A DNA stretch of 63,758 nt, filler included, from Octopus bimaculoides (GCF_001194135.2; 6 parts of 6 records of this genome joined end to end with filler, not necessarily neighbours in it); one strand, 5' to 3'; shown: positions 12,235 through 25,427, numbered from the whole stretch's first letter. Program-made: numbers and translations. Notes: generated from the letters alone by a model not told the origin.

Positions 12235-13700
12235 CCATTAAATGCTCAGAACCTTTCCAATGACTTTTCCTGTTCCTATGTGACAAACCTTCTGTAGCTC
12301 AACAGGATATTCCACTCCAATGTCCTTTATCTATTTCATCACTTACAGTCCCTAATGTGCCAATTATCACAGGTACAATTTTTACAGATATCAGGCTCCA
12401 AATCTTTACAATCTCAAGTTTTAAGGAGTTATACTTTTTTGACTTTTCATCTGCTTTCTTCAAAATCCTGGTATCGAATAGACATGACAGATTAATCAGT
12501 AAACAAATACAAATTTCCTTGTCTGTTACTTTATATTTGGATCATTATTATGTTCCATCTGTTTGTTTGAATTAGAAAATTCCACAAAATTGTGCATGTT
12601 TCCACCTCAAGTACTCTTTCTACCTGATGATGGTACCATGTAGTTCCTGCTTCAAACCCCAAATTTTGATAAAGCTTCCAGTATAAAATGCTTACAACTT
12701 GATCATGCCTCTATTTCTTATAATCTCTCAGGAACAACTTGGGGCATTCTGCAATAATGCATGTCATTGTTTCATTCCTAAGTCCATACACTCTACATTC
12801 TGCTGACATCTTCTCCTCAAACACATATTTTCACAAGTTGTTTGTTTGCAGTGTTTGATTTGAGTATCTATAATAAAGCTCCCTGTTTCTTTTTCTAATC
12901 ATCCTTTTTCAACCGAACCCAGGATTTTTTGGAGAAAGAAAAAAGTAGGAGTGCTATTTAATCATTTTCTAAAGTAGAGCCAGAAACAAAAGTTTAGACA
13001 TTTTTGTATACAAATATGTCTATATAAACAATGCTATCAAAGATAGGAAAATAGGTATTAGATGTATATGCACATCTGCCATACACTTTCTCTGTTAACC
13101 TTCCTATGAGACTAATGTACCTCTTATGTGTCCATAGATTGCACTGAGAACACAGTAAGGACCTTCTACCTACACCTTTTTCTACATACCAAGTGGTTGA
13201 TGGAAGTGAAATAGAGAAATGATCTTAAATAGTTACAAAGGCATTTCTCTTAGCTACTCAGGATAGTATATCTAAAATGCTATGTAACTGTTTGGCCTCA
13301 TTGTTAATGTTATCGTGTGTTTGAGCAGGGAACCCTCTTATGGCTCTGTTTAATACTATTCTAAAATGTCTATCATATGTTTTGCTATCTATGCTATAAA
13401 GGTTTTTTGTTGTATCAGAGAAAAGTGAAGTCTTATTTGAATTTTTAAGGGAAAGGAAGCTTGCACTGGAAAGGGTTAGAGGACTAAAAGAAATTTAGTT
13501 TGAGATAATGCTCAAGTGGGTCACTTCAAAGGCTTCTGGGATTTTTCTATCTTGGGGAGGAATCTTCTAGACTTGATACAGTAAAAATTGATACTTGTTC
13601 TATCAGAATCTTTTGTTCAATAGCTAAGTTCTTGGGACATAAACAATCAAACAACATGATACACAAAATGTACCCTAGGTTATTTCTTTTTTTCTTTCAC
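12235..13700 (-). mobile_element. Degraded R4/Dong-like LINE, 3' half (CCHC knuckle plus restriction-like endonuclease)
   Basis: Minus-strand ETMTCIIAECPKL..DYKK*RHDQV..ILYWKL, then LLINLSCLFDTRILKKADEKSKKYNSLKLEIVKIWSLISVKIVPVIIGTLGTV and LQKVCHIGTGKVIGKVL*. The upstream RT part is heavily decayed. Confidence 0.75.
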
Positions 13701-14298
13701 ATTTCATACTTCTGTGTACAATACATAATTAAAAACTACAGGTGTTGTTTTCAACAGCCTTACATCTAAAATATAAAAGAACTAGCTGTTTTTCCCAGTT
13801 TCACTCGGGCAGTGTGGTGGATTTGGTTAAAGGCTATTTCCTATGTATATTTTGAATAATAAAAAGAACTACAAATAAGAAAAACAAAAATTCCAAAAAC
13901 AAAAAAAAGTAAGAACAATCCAAAAACAATACGATGCTAAGGATTTTGGGGATCGATATTGTAAAACTAACTTCACGTGTGTACCCATAGCCCCATGTAG
14001 TCACGGAACCTTATTTGTGGTATAACCTCGCCTTAAAAGAAAAATATATGGTAGTGCGGTTGTTGTATTGGCGACACAAGAATGTTAATCAAAACTGTTC
14101 AAGATCAATCATAGGTTGGACGTTCATGTACACTGATTAGAATTGTGAATTTCAATTATTGAAAACGCGTTCCTGGATGGATACAATTGTGCAGAGTCCG
14201 TTTGTCTCAATATGGAAAAGCTGTTTGAATGTTGACGTTTGAAGACATTTGTAANNNNNNNNNNNNNNNNNNNNNNNNNNNNNNNNNNNNNNNNNNNN

Positions 14299-14310
14299 TT
14301 AATTAATTAA
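14299..14310. other. Scaffolding linker TTAATTAATTAA inside N gaps (also 27219-27230, 37961-37972, 55755-55766, 61411-61422)
   Basis: Identical 12-mer (stops in all six frames) centred in ~100-base gaps five times; assembly artefact. Confidence 0.95.
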
Positions 14311-16125
14311 NNNNNNNNNNNNNNNNNNNNNNNNNNNNNNNNNNNNNNNNNNNNAAACATAATTAAGGGATCAGCAAGCATTTGTTTATAAATGTATAGG
14401 AACTTTTAAATAAGTTCTCCACCGATAATGGTGTTTACATACCGAAGGGCTTGGTAAAAATTATTAATTGTTGATTTATTAATAAATTAATAAATTGATA
14501 AACCTTTACCCTTTTAATTTGTAATAATTATATATATATATATATAACAGAACAGAAAGTCTTAAAATTTTTTGGTATTATTTATTTACCGTTACACATG
14601 TTTCATTTGTTAATAAAAATTTCACAGTGGACAGACATGTAAGGGATTTCCTATTAGAAATTCTTTAGACTGACAAATTAAATAATCCAAACACATGTAT
14701 ACAAATTTTCATAAACACATATTTATGCGCACTTACATATAAAGGTACACAAACACACTCACTCATAAGGAAGTTCATATACATAAACATTTACATAGAT
14801 ACATACATGATCACATGCTAAATCTGAAAGATGTTTACAGATTGTATAAAAACGATTCTGACATTCTTTCATTTTCTTCAGTCGTTTGACTGTGGCCATG
14901 AGAAGAAAAAAATACAAATATATGTATAAAAAATATATAAATAAATAAATAAAGCAATAAAACAATTTTTTTATAGGAAAAAGAGGAAATGTAGATATAT
15001 AATAGTGAGAATACTATTTCATGAAAAACAAAAGGAAAATTTAAAAAATAAATAAAAGAAAAATAAATAAAAAGAAAAAGAAAAAAATAGTTAATAAAAT
15101 TTATATACAAACATATACATACAATACACGCTTATATTTTGTTGTACGTAACTAGCATTTAAACAGNNNNNNNNNNNNNNNNNNNNNNNNNNNNNNNNNN
15201 NNNNNNNNNNNNNNNNNNNNNNNNNNNNNNNNNNNNNNNNNNNNNNNNNNNNNNNNNNNNNNNNNNNNNNNNNNNNNNNNNNNNNNNNNNNNNNNNNNNN
15301 NNNNNNNNNNNNNNNNNNNNNNNNNNNNNNNNNNNNNNNNNNNNNNNNNNNNNNNNNNNNNNNNNNNNNNNNNNNNNNNNNNNNNNNNNNNNNNNNNNNN
15401 NNNNNNNNNNNNNNNNNNNNNNNNNNNNNNNNNNNNNNNNNNNNNNNNNNNNNNNNNNNNNNNNNNNNNNNNNNNNNNNNNNNNNNNNNNNNNNNNNNNN
15501 NNNNNNNNNNNNNNNNNNNNNNNNNNNNNNNNNNNNNNNNNNNNNNNNNNNNNNNNNNNNNNNNNNNNNNNNNNNNNNNNNNNNNNNNNNNNNNNNNNNN
15601 NNNNNNNNNNNNNNNNNNNNNNNNNNNNNNNNNNNNNNNNNNNNNNNNNNNNNNNNNNNNNNNNNNNNNNNNNNNNNNNNNNNNNNNNNNNNNNNNNNNN
15701 NNNNNNNNNNNNNNNNNNNNNNNNNNNNNNNNNNNNNNNNNNNNNNNNNNNNNNNNNNNNNNNNNNNNNNNNNNNNNNNNNNNNNNNNNNNNNNNNNNNN
15801 NNNNNNNNNNNNNNNNNNNNNNNNNNNNNNNNNNNNNNNNNNNNNNNNNNNNNNNNNNNNNNNNNNNNNNNNNNNNNNNNNNNNNNNNNNNNNNNNNNNN
15901 NNNNNNNNNNNNNNNNNNNNNNNNNNNNNNNNNNNNNNNNNNNNNNNNNNNNNNNNNNNNNNNNNNNNNNNNNNNNNNNNNNNNNNNNNNNNNNNNNNNN
16001 NNNNNNNNNNNNNNNNNNNNNNNNNNNNNNNNNNNNNNNNNNNNNNNNNNNNNNNNNNNNNNNNNNNNNNNNNNNNNNNNNNNNNNNNNNNNNNNNNNNN
16101 NNNNNNNNNNNNNNNNNNNNNNNNN

Positions 16126-16179
<54 letters not shown>

Positions 16180-16412
16180 GCATATATCTACATGCATAAA
16201 CATACACACGCAATTATATACATACATATATATACACGCAAACACAGACAACTGTGTATATGCATATACACATGCATACGTTATATATTACTGCATATTT
16301 GATTACCACGCAAAAATACATAAAATTTGTATACATATACACCAACACACAAACACACGCGCACTCATGGACACGCACACCGATGCACACACACATCTAT
16401 AGCAACACATCC

Positions 16413-16830
16413 ATATCGCTGCTATTATGTTAAACTATCGTATGTCCAAATTTGGCCAAACGCGGGTTTTTTGGGGTTTTTTTTTTTTCAATATTAGAAT
16501 TTTGCTTGCAATAGCCAGTTCTTTTGGTCAAACTATCGTATCTCCAGCTGCTTCAGATGCCCAAATATGAAAATTGTCAAAGTGTAGAGCAACGGCTTAG
16601 CATTTTTCAAAAGTGTAGTAAGTCCTACATATGACAGTTTTTCAGTAATATTTCTGACTGAAAATATCATACATGCATGGAGTTACGATTTTAATGCACC
16701 CAACAAAGTATTACTGTTGAGCTGAAACTGTTGCTAATGTTAAAAGAAATGGAATGGAGAAACTATTTTTTCGTTTTCTGAAAAAGCAACGTTTTGGAAT
16801 TACGACACTTTTCCATAATAGCAACGATAT
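16413..16830. mobile_element. MITE, ~420 bp, with TIRs
   Basis: atatcgctgctattatg (16413-16429) / cataatagcaacgatat (16814-16830), 1 mismatch; imperfect similarity extends to ~38 bp; no ORF. Confidence 0.75.
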
Positions 16831-18378
16831 ATGTATATGTGTGTGTGTGTGTGTTTGTGCGTGTGAGTGTGTACATACACAAGTATATACACACACATAC
16901 GCATCTATATATATATATATATATATATATATNNNNNNNNNNNNNNNNNNNNNNNNNNNNNNNNNNNNNNNNNNNNNNNNNNNNNNNNNNNNNNNNNNNN
17001 NNNNNNNNNNNNNNNNNNNNNNNNNNNNNNNNNNNNNNNNNNNNNNNNNNNNNNNNNNNNNNNNNNNNNNNNNNNNNNNNNNNNNNNNNNNNNNNNNNNN
17101 NNNNNNNNNNNNNNNNNNNNNNNNNNNNNNNNNNNNNNNNNNNNNNNNNNNNNNNNNNNNNNNNNNNNNNNNNNNNNNNNNNNNNNNNNNNNNNNNNNNN
17201 NNNNNNNNNNNNNNNNNNNNNNNNNNNNNNNNNNNNNNNNNNNNNNNNNNNNNNNNNNNNNNNNNNNNNNNNNNNNNNNNNNNNNNNNNNNNNNNNNNNN
17301 NNNNNNNNNNNNNNNNNNNNNNNNNNNNNNNNNNNNNNNNNNNNNNNNNNNNNNNNNNNNNNNNNNNNNNNNNNNNNNNNNTATGTGTGTGTGTATGTGT
17401 ATGTGTGTTATGTATTCTCACATGTATACATACATACATACATATATAAATATATATATATATTCATATACATATAGTCACATATATATCTATGCATATA
17501 TACATATATGTAGGTATGTTTGTATTTATGTACGTGCGTCTGTATGTATGTATGTTTGTATTATATATATGTGTGTGTATATAGAGGGGAAGATTCATAT
17601 ATATATGCACATATATATATATATAGAATATAGATATATGTATGTATGTATGTATGTATGTACGTAGGTATGTATGTATGTATGTATGTATACACACACA
17701 TTCATATGGAGCCATGTAAGTATGGGCATAGATGTGTGCGTATCTAAATATTGTGTGTCTGTTTCTGTGTAGTAACGTATAAATGTGTATATGTATTGAA
17801 ATATCTATTTTTGCACAATTATACTATATTCGTACGCGTATACAACATATCTATTTATATGCAGACATGTTTGTATGCGTCTATATTTGAGCTCCGCGGG
17901 TGCAACTATGCATGCTGTAATGTGTGCATACAACAAAACTTGCTCACATTCCAAGCCATTTGAAGTGGGAGGGATGTTTGCATTTGTTTTTCTTTGTTTT
18001 TTGTTTTGTTTTTATTTTTATTTTAACAGCATCACGTCACGTGACGTCATTTTTCATTCTCATCACGTGATCGAAGTGGCTCAAATGTAATTCAGGTTGC
18101 TCTTTACGGATGAAAATATTGTTGCATACTTCTCCTTAATTTGGTGACTCATTACAAAATTCTAGATTTACACAAATAGATGCACACACAAACACACACA
18201 CGCGCACACACATACTCACACGCACGCACGCACGCACACACACACATACACACAAACAAAATTTTTATTGATACCTCTATTTTATGAACATATACCTCTG
18301 TGTGTATATGCATTTCTGTATGTATATAAACTTATATATAACCGCATGTATATATACATATACACTCATATACGTACA

Positions 18379-19178
18379 CCCGCATCAGTGGCCAGTGCCC
18401 GGGCCGGAAACGGCATAGGCTGGCCAGTCACGCACGAATACGCCGGCTGGTGGCTAGGGAAGCAGAACGGTAATGTTGGGTAGACGGATGGGAGCCGGTC
18501 TACCGGGTAGCTAGGACCAGGCTCATCCCCGACCTGGTGTTTCGCAGCTCTGACGAGGTAGATGTGTTGGATGTTACGGTACGATACGAGCAAGGCACGG
18601 CGCTGCACGATGCAGCTCGTGAGAAGGAACGGAAATAACGGCCGATGATCTCTCTCTCTCTCTCTTCGGACGAGAGCTAGGCTTGCCTGTATAGGTGTTC
18701 GGCTGCCCAGTAGGGGTCTGCGGCGCTTGGAGCCGCGAGGTTGAAAGGATGCTAGCCGTGCTGCGAGATCACGACTACTGAGCAGTACCGCAATGCTCTG
18801 TACGTACAGCATGTTGAAGGACTGATCCCTGCGAGGGTGGATCATTCGGTGAGATTAGGTATTGATTACTATAGGGTCGAAGGTGTGTCTTCTCCTATGC
18901 GGGCGTTGGTGTCGCTGCCAAGGCTCCCACCGCTGGATCCATCGGGCGGTGTTCGAGAATTGGTACGAATGGGAACGCTTGCGTTCGAGGTATCGGATAG
19001 TGGCCTCCGCCAACACCATCAGGCAGTGGTCGGGAGTTGGTGAATTTCGGTGCGTTCGTGTTCGAGTGTTTTCGTCGGCGCGTCGGACGTTCGCCACTGC
19101 TAAGACCGTCGGGCAGTGACAGTGTGTAGTAGTCCGACGAGAAAGTAATCAGTACCGCTCTGACCATCTGCAGTGCAC
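18379..19178 (+). mobile_element. R2-like (RLE clade) LINE 3' fragment, CpG-rich
   Basis: RISGQCPGRKRHRLASHARIRRLV...EPVYRV..RLIPDLVF....VLDVTVRYE..L.DAAREKERK*, then VFGCPVGVCGAW; possible 6-bp TSD cgtaca (18373-18378, 19179-19184). Confidence 0.65.
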
Positions 19179-19230
19179 CGTACATATACATATGTGTGTG
19201 TGTGTATACGTGTATATATATACATATATA

Positions 19231-19989
19231 TATAAGGCAAATAATAAAATGGAGAGGATAATCAATCGACAAACATCAGCCTGTAAACGTTCATTTAGAT
19301 CTATTTATTAATTAATTACAGTCATAAATAAATAAATAAATAAAGTAAATAAATAAATAAAAATAGATAAATGAATAAGAATAAATGAGTGAATAAATAC
19401 TAAACTCTTACAGCTGTTTCTACTTTAAGGGCGTCTAACTTGCCAAGGTTTCCACATCATACCAGTAATGTACAGGGATTGTACAAAGGTTGAACAAGCA
19501 TTGGACAGGGGTTGGACAATAATTGAACCCCGAAGCTTCATCAGAAAGACCATAATGTTAGGAATCTAACATGTGAGGAAGTAAGATAAAATAATAAAAT
19601 AAAATGATAAAAATAGTAAGGAATGGTAAAAAAAAAAGTTAATTCCAAGGTAATATCCATAAGTTATGGGATTACATCTTATGGTGAAGAAAGCCACTTC
19701 CAGAAACAATTTCCATAGATTATGAGAGTTGCATCCTAGGGGGGAAATAGCAATGGTAGGACGTCGTGGAGTGACTTAAACTCACTTCACGGCCGTAAGA
19801 GTTTAGTATTTTTCACTCATTTATTCTTATTCATTTATTTATTTTTATTTATTTACTTGTTTATTTGTTTATTTATTTTGATTACTTATGCATATTGATT
19901 TTAATTAATTAATAAATAGATCCAAAGGAATGTTTACAGGCTGATGTTTGTTGACTGATTATCCTCTCCATTTTCTCATTTGCCTTATA
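19231..19989 (-). mobile_element. Non-coding element with ~190-bp inverted repeats enclosing a hammerhead motif (Penelope-like derivative)
   Basis: 19231-19416 (tataaggcaaat...ctaaactcttacagctg) is the reverse complement of ~19788-19989, with indels in an (AAAT)n tract. Confidence 0.8.
19405..19548 (-). ncRNA. Type I hammerhead ribozyme candidate with long stem II
   Basis: Minus strand: CUUU CUGAUGA [~120 nt] GAAA CAGCUGU A AGAG; palindromic stem III ACAGCUGU; GUA site; 4-bp stem I. Confidence 0.6.
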
Positions 19990-20599
19990 AATTCTGGGTA
20001 AATTTCTGCGTCCCCCCCCCCNNNNNNNNNNNNNNNNNNNNNNNNNNNNNNNNNNNNNNNNNNNNNNNNNNNNNNNNNNNNNNNNNNNNNNNNNNNNNNN
20101 NNNNNNNNNNNNNNNNNNNNNNNNNNNNNNNNNNNNNNNNNNNNNNNNNNNNNNNNNNNNNNNNNNNNNNNNNNNNNNNNNNNNNNNNNNNNNNNNNNNN
20201 NNNNNNNNNNNNNNNNNNNNNNNNNNNNNNNNNNNNNNNNNNNNNNNNNNNNNNNNNNNNNNNNNNNNNNNNNNNNNNNNNNNNNNNNNNNNNNNNNNNN
20301 NNNNNNNNNNNNNNNNNNNNNNNNNNNNNNNNNNNNNNNNNNNNTGTATGTATGTATGTATGTATGTATGTATGTATGTATTATAGATGGTGAAATATAC
20401 ATCAGGGTTGCTGTATCCCACGTAGAAACTACCGAAGCTGCTTAAAGCTATTGGCAGTTCTTCTCCAGATGGTGACTAAAGCTTTAACGATATTAGGAAC
20501 GGTTCCGAGGTTATTTCAGAAGCATAACCGTTCGTTTCTTCGCTTGTGCTCTTCGCCTGCGTGGCCAGGGGAGACAGAATGAGGCTTCGCCTGTTACAG

Positions 20600-21045
20600 A
20601 ATGGTTCCATTTGCGTTCTCTTGTCAGCCAGAACCACCTTCAACTCTTTGGGGCTGCCATGGCTATCTTCTTGACGGCTTTCTACAGTTGTTAGTGTGCC
20701 TAACCGATTTTCTCCAATAGAATTACTGATCATGCTAAGTAACTGCAATAACCAACTCCAATGGGGAATGAGGTTACATATCATCGATCCATTGAAAGGG
20801 TTTCACCAACCAAGTCCTGATATTTGGCTTTTTTCAGTTAGTGAAAAATGTCAAGCTTGTTTTCCAAGAGCGTTGTGTGTTCAGCCATGACTTTTGCGTT
20901 TGTGTTCCTGATTAAAATGGACAAGACGTTCCTCATTAAAATGGGCATGACCAATTGGGGCAATGCTGTTGACAACTCTTCCGAAAAGATCAATCTACCC
21001 TTCAGATCCACCTCCACTGAACTCTCCAAAACTGGTAGCTTCTGC
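20600..21045 (-). mobile_element. Hero/NeSL-like RLE LINE 3' fragment
   Basis: Minus strand VDLKGRLIFSEEL..., H*LKKAKYQDLV..., FPIGVGYCSYLA*SV..., KAVKKIAMAAPKS*RWFWLTRERKW; resembles the Hero-type endonuclease C-terminus (from memory). Confidence 0.65.
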
Positions 21046-21734
21046 TTCCACTCTTAACCTACATCTCCGTAGCTAGCGCACCAACTGCTTTGATCTTGCC
21101 ACTGTCCCTGAGGTGATTATACATAATAAGTAATCATAGTAATAACAATACATGCAGAAGTAGAAGAGACGGTTGTAATGGTGCTGGTAATAATCAGTGA
21201 CAGTAACGTGTTAGTAAGCGAGAAATGGGCTGATTAGTCACATATACATCACATACACGTCACATATGCATACACACACACATATACACATATCTAAATA
21301 TATATATTACCTCTCTATATATATACATATAAACGCATTTATATATGTATATGTATGTATCTATGTTTGTGTGTATATATTTATGTATATTTGTATGCAT
21401 ATAAACAGTTCACAGCAGTCACAAGATTCATTACTGTATGAATAATTAAACACATGTGCTCTTTGCACTACCACATACATAATCATATGCGCATATGCAT
21501 ACACACTACTAACCAACTGTACATAAACATATATATATATCTAAGTATGTATGTATGTATATATGTATGTATATACAAATACAGAATAACGATTATACAT
21601 ATCTATATATGAGTATACACAAGCGCACACTTGCATAAACACACGAATAGTGTACAGTTGTTCAGTGGTGTGTATGTATATATATATATGTATATATATG
21701 TATATATATGTATATATATATTCTTTTATTCTTT

Positions 21735-21897
21735 TATTTGTTTCAGTAATTTTGACAGCAACCATGCTGGAGCAACTCCTTTAGTCGAACAAATCGACTC
21801 CAGAACTTATACTTTGTAAGCCTAGTCTTTTTGGCCAAACCGCTAAGTTACGGGGACGTAAACACACCTGCATCGGTTGTCATGGACACAGACACAG

Positions 21898-21940
<43 letters not shown>

Positions 21941-22100
21941 AGATGGGCTTCTTTCAGTTTCTGTCTACTAAATCCACTTACAAGGCTTTGATCATCCCGA
22001 AGCTATAGTAGAAGAGACTTGCCCAAGGTGTCACGCAGTGGGACTGAACCCAGAGCCATGTGGTTGGTAAGCAAGCTACTTACCACAGAGCCACGCCTGC
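21735..22100 (-). mobile_element. tRNA-derived SINE family A
   Basis: Same head, core and tail as 9795-10129. Confidence 0.85.
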
Positions 22101-23077
22101 GGCTATGTATGTATNNNNNNNNNNNNNNNNNNNNNNNNNNNNNNNNNNNNNNNNNNNNNNNNNNNNNNNNNNNNNNNNNNNNNNNNNNNNNNNNNNNNNN
22201 NNNNNNNNNNNNNNNNNNNNNNNNNNNNNNNNNNNNNNNNNNNNNNNNNNNNNNNNNNNNNNNNNNNNNNNNNNNNNNNNNNNNNNNNNNNNNNNNNNNN
22301 NNNNNNNNNNNNNNNNNNNNNNNNNNNNNNNNNNNNNNNNNNNNNNNNNNNNNNNNNNNNNNNNNNNNNNNNNNNNNNNNNNNNNNNNNNNNNNNNNNNN
22401 NNNNNNNNNNNNNNNNNNNNNNNNNNNNNNNNNNNNNNNNNNNNNNNNNNNNNNNNNNNNNNNNNNNNNNNNNNNNNNNNNNNNNNNNNNNNNNNNNNNN
22501 NNNNNNNNNNNNNNNNNNNNNNNNNNNNNNNNNNNNNNNNNNNNNNNNNNNNNNNNNNNNNNNNNNNNNNNNNNNNNNNNNNNNNNNNNNNNNNNNNNNN
22601 NNNNNNNNNNNNNNNNNNNNNNNNNNNNNNNNNNNNNNNNNNNNNNNNNNNNNNNNNNNNNNNNNNNNNNNNNNNNNNNNNNNNNNNNNNNNNNNNNNNN
22701 NNNNNNNNNNNNNNNNNNNNNNNNNNNNNNNNNNNNNNNNNNNNNNNNNNNNNNNNNNNNNNNNNNNNNNNNNNNNNNNNNNNNNNNNNNNNNNNNNNNN
22801 NNNNNNNNNNNNNNNNNNNNNNNNNNNNNNNNNNNNNNNNNNNNNNNNNNNNNNNNNNNNNNNNNNNNNNNNNNNNNNNNNNNNNNNNNNNNNNNNNNNN
22901 NNNNNNNNNNNNNNNNNNNNNNNNNNNNNNNNNNNNNNNNNNNNNNNNNNNNNNNNNNNNNNNNNNNNNNNNNNNNNNNNNNNNNNNNNNNNNNNNNNNN
23001 NNNNNNNNNNNNNNNNNNNNNNNNNNNNNNNNNNNNNNNNNNNNNNNNNNNNNNNNNNNNNNNNNNNNNNNATATAT

Positions 23078-23478
23078 AGGCGCAGGCGTGGCTGTGAGGT
23101 AAGAAATTCGATTCCCAACCACATGGTTCTGGCGTCAGTCCCATTGCGTGGCACGTTGGGCAAGTGTCTTCTATAGCCTCGGGCCGACCAAAGTTTTGTG
23201 ATTGGATTTGATGGACGGAAACTGGAAGAAGCCCATCGTATGTGTGTATGTGTGTCTGTTCTGTGTCTGCGTTTGTGTTTGTCACTCCACCATCGCTTGA
23301 CAACCGATGTTGGTGTGTTTATGTCCCCGTAACTTAGCGGTTCGGTATATCAGATCGATAGAATAAGTACTAGGCTTTCACAGAAATAGTCCTGAGGTCG
23401 ATTTCTTCGACTAAAGACGGTGTTCCAGCAAGGCCCCAGTCAAATGACTGAAACAAGTGAAAGATTAAAAAAATAAAA
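23078..23478 (+). mobile_element. tRNA-derived SINE family A
   Basis: aggcgcaggcgtggctgtgaggtaag...cttgggcaagtgtcttctatagcc...gactgaaacaagtgaaag. Confidence 0.85.
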
Positions 23479-24757
23479 GAACACACACACACACACACAC
23501 ATGATAATTACCGTTGTTGTTGTTGTTATTGTTAATTTCATTTTGAAATATTGATAATTGATATGTTGAATACATCAAATATACATTATCTACTAATATG
23601 CTATCAATATGTTAAACTCATGGGCATTAAATACATAAGAATATATATTAGCTTAATAAATTGATACAAAATATAATATTTACGTACCTACGACAAGTGT
23701 TTGGNNNNNNNNNNNNNNNNNNNNNNNNNNNNNNNNNNNNNNNNNNNNNNNNNNNNNNNNNNNNNNNNNNNNNNNNNNNNNNNNNNNNNNNNNNNNNNNN
23801 NNNNNNNNNNNNNNNNNNNNNNNNNNNNNNNNNNNNNNNNNNNNNNNNNNNNNNNNNNNNNNNNNNNNNNNNNNNNNNNNNNNNNNNNNNNNNNNNNNNN
23901 NNNNNNNNNNNNNNNNNNNNNNNNNNNNNNNNNNNNNNNNNNNNNNNNNNNNNNNNNNNNNNNNNNNNNNNNNNNNNNNNNNNNNNNNNNNNNNNNNNNN
24001 NNNNNNNNNNNNNNNNNNNNNNNNNNNNNNNNNNNNNNNNNNNNNNNNNNNNNNNNNNNNNNNNNNNNNNNNNNNNNNNNNNNNNNNNNNNNNNNNNNNN
24101 NNNNNNNNNNNNNNNNNNNNNNNNNNNNNNNNNNNNNNNNNNNNNNNNNNNNNNNNNNNNNNNNNNNNNNNNNNNNNNNNNNNNNNNNNNNNNNNNNNNN
24201 NNNNNNNNNNNNNNNNNNNNNNNNNNNNNNNNNNNNNNNNNNNNNNNNNNNNNNNNNNNNNNNNNNNNNNNNNNNNNNNNNNNNNNNNNNNNNNNNNNNN
24301 NNNNNNNNNNNNNNNNNNNNNNNNNNNNNNNNNNNNNNNNNNNNNNNNNNNNNNNNNNNNNNNNNNNNNNNNNNNNNNNNNNNNNNNNNNNNNNNNNNNN
24401 NNNNNNNNNNNNNNNNNNNNNNNNNNNNNNNNNNNNNNNNNNNNNNNNNNNNNNNNNNNNNNNNNNNNNNNNNNNNNNNNNNNNNNNNNNNNNNNNNNNN
24501 NNNNNNNNNNNNNNNNNNNNNNNNNNNNNNNNNNNNNNNNNNNNNNNNNNNNNNNNNNNNNNNNNNNNNNNNNNNNNNNNNNNNNNNNNNNNNNNNNNNN
24601 NNNNNNNNNNNNNNNNNNNNNNNNNNNNNNNNNNNNNNNNNNNNNNNNNNNNNNNNNNNNNNNNNNNNNNNNNNNNNNNATATATGCATAAGACACATAG
24701 GTATATAGATATACATACATGCATATGTATAAATGTATGTATATACATATATATTTA

Positions 24758-24805
<48 letters not shown>

Positions 24806-25223
24806 ATAATTACCGTTGTTGTTGTTGTTATTGTTAATTTCATTTTGAAATATTGATAATTGATATGTTGAATACATCAAATATACATTATCTACTAATA
24901 TGCTATCAATATGTTAAACTCATGGGCATTAAATACATAAGAATATATATTAGCTTAATAAATTGATACAAAATATAATATTTACGTACCTACGACAAGT
25001 GTTTGGAACATTTATTTTACAGATTCATACACGCACATACTTACACACGCACACATAGACACATACATTCATACATACGTGTATATATGTGTCTATGTGC
25101 CAACGCACGAAACTCTCAGACCTTGAGTCACACTCTTATTTCTGCTAAATATTGATAAAAATATACATACATTCCTATTTTGAGTACTAATTTTCTGTTT
25201 ACATCAACATGCCTATTATTTAT

Positions 25224-25281
<58 letters not shown>

Positions 25282-25282
<1 letters not shown>

Positions 25283-25427
25283 ATTATAAATAAGGGTAAC
25301 AGAAAAAAAATTCTTTCAAATCACCAATCACCACTTACAATATATTGTATGTGGTGATTAACGATTTAAACTCTATTTCTCAGCATATTGGCATGAAACT
25401 TTTTTTCTTTTGCCCTTAATTATAATT
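25282..25427. repeat. Small element with 28-bp inverted ends and an internal hairpin
   Basis: aattataaataagggtaacagaaaaaaa / tttttttcttttgcccttaattataatt; internal aatcaccac-t-tacaata|tattgta-t-gtggtgatt. Confidence 0.7.

Noticed and set aside
23078-23160. tRNA-like A/B boxes as tRNA genes (also 10060-10129, 48070-48140, 63030-63103)
   Set aside because: They are heads of multi-copy SINEs with no full cloverleaf.
23501-25006. Exact 204-bp duplication (23501-23704 and 24803-25006)
   Set aside because: Identical copies on either side of a gap, the first ending at the gap edge; most likely unmerged contig overlap.
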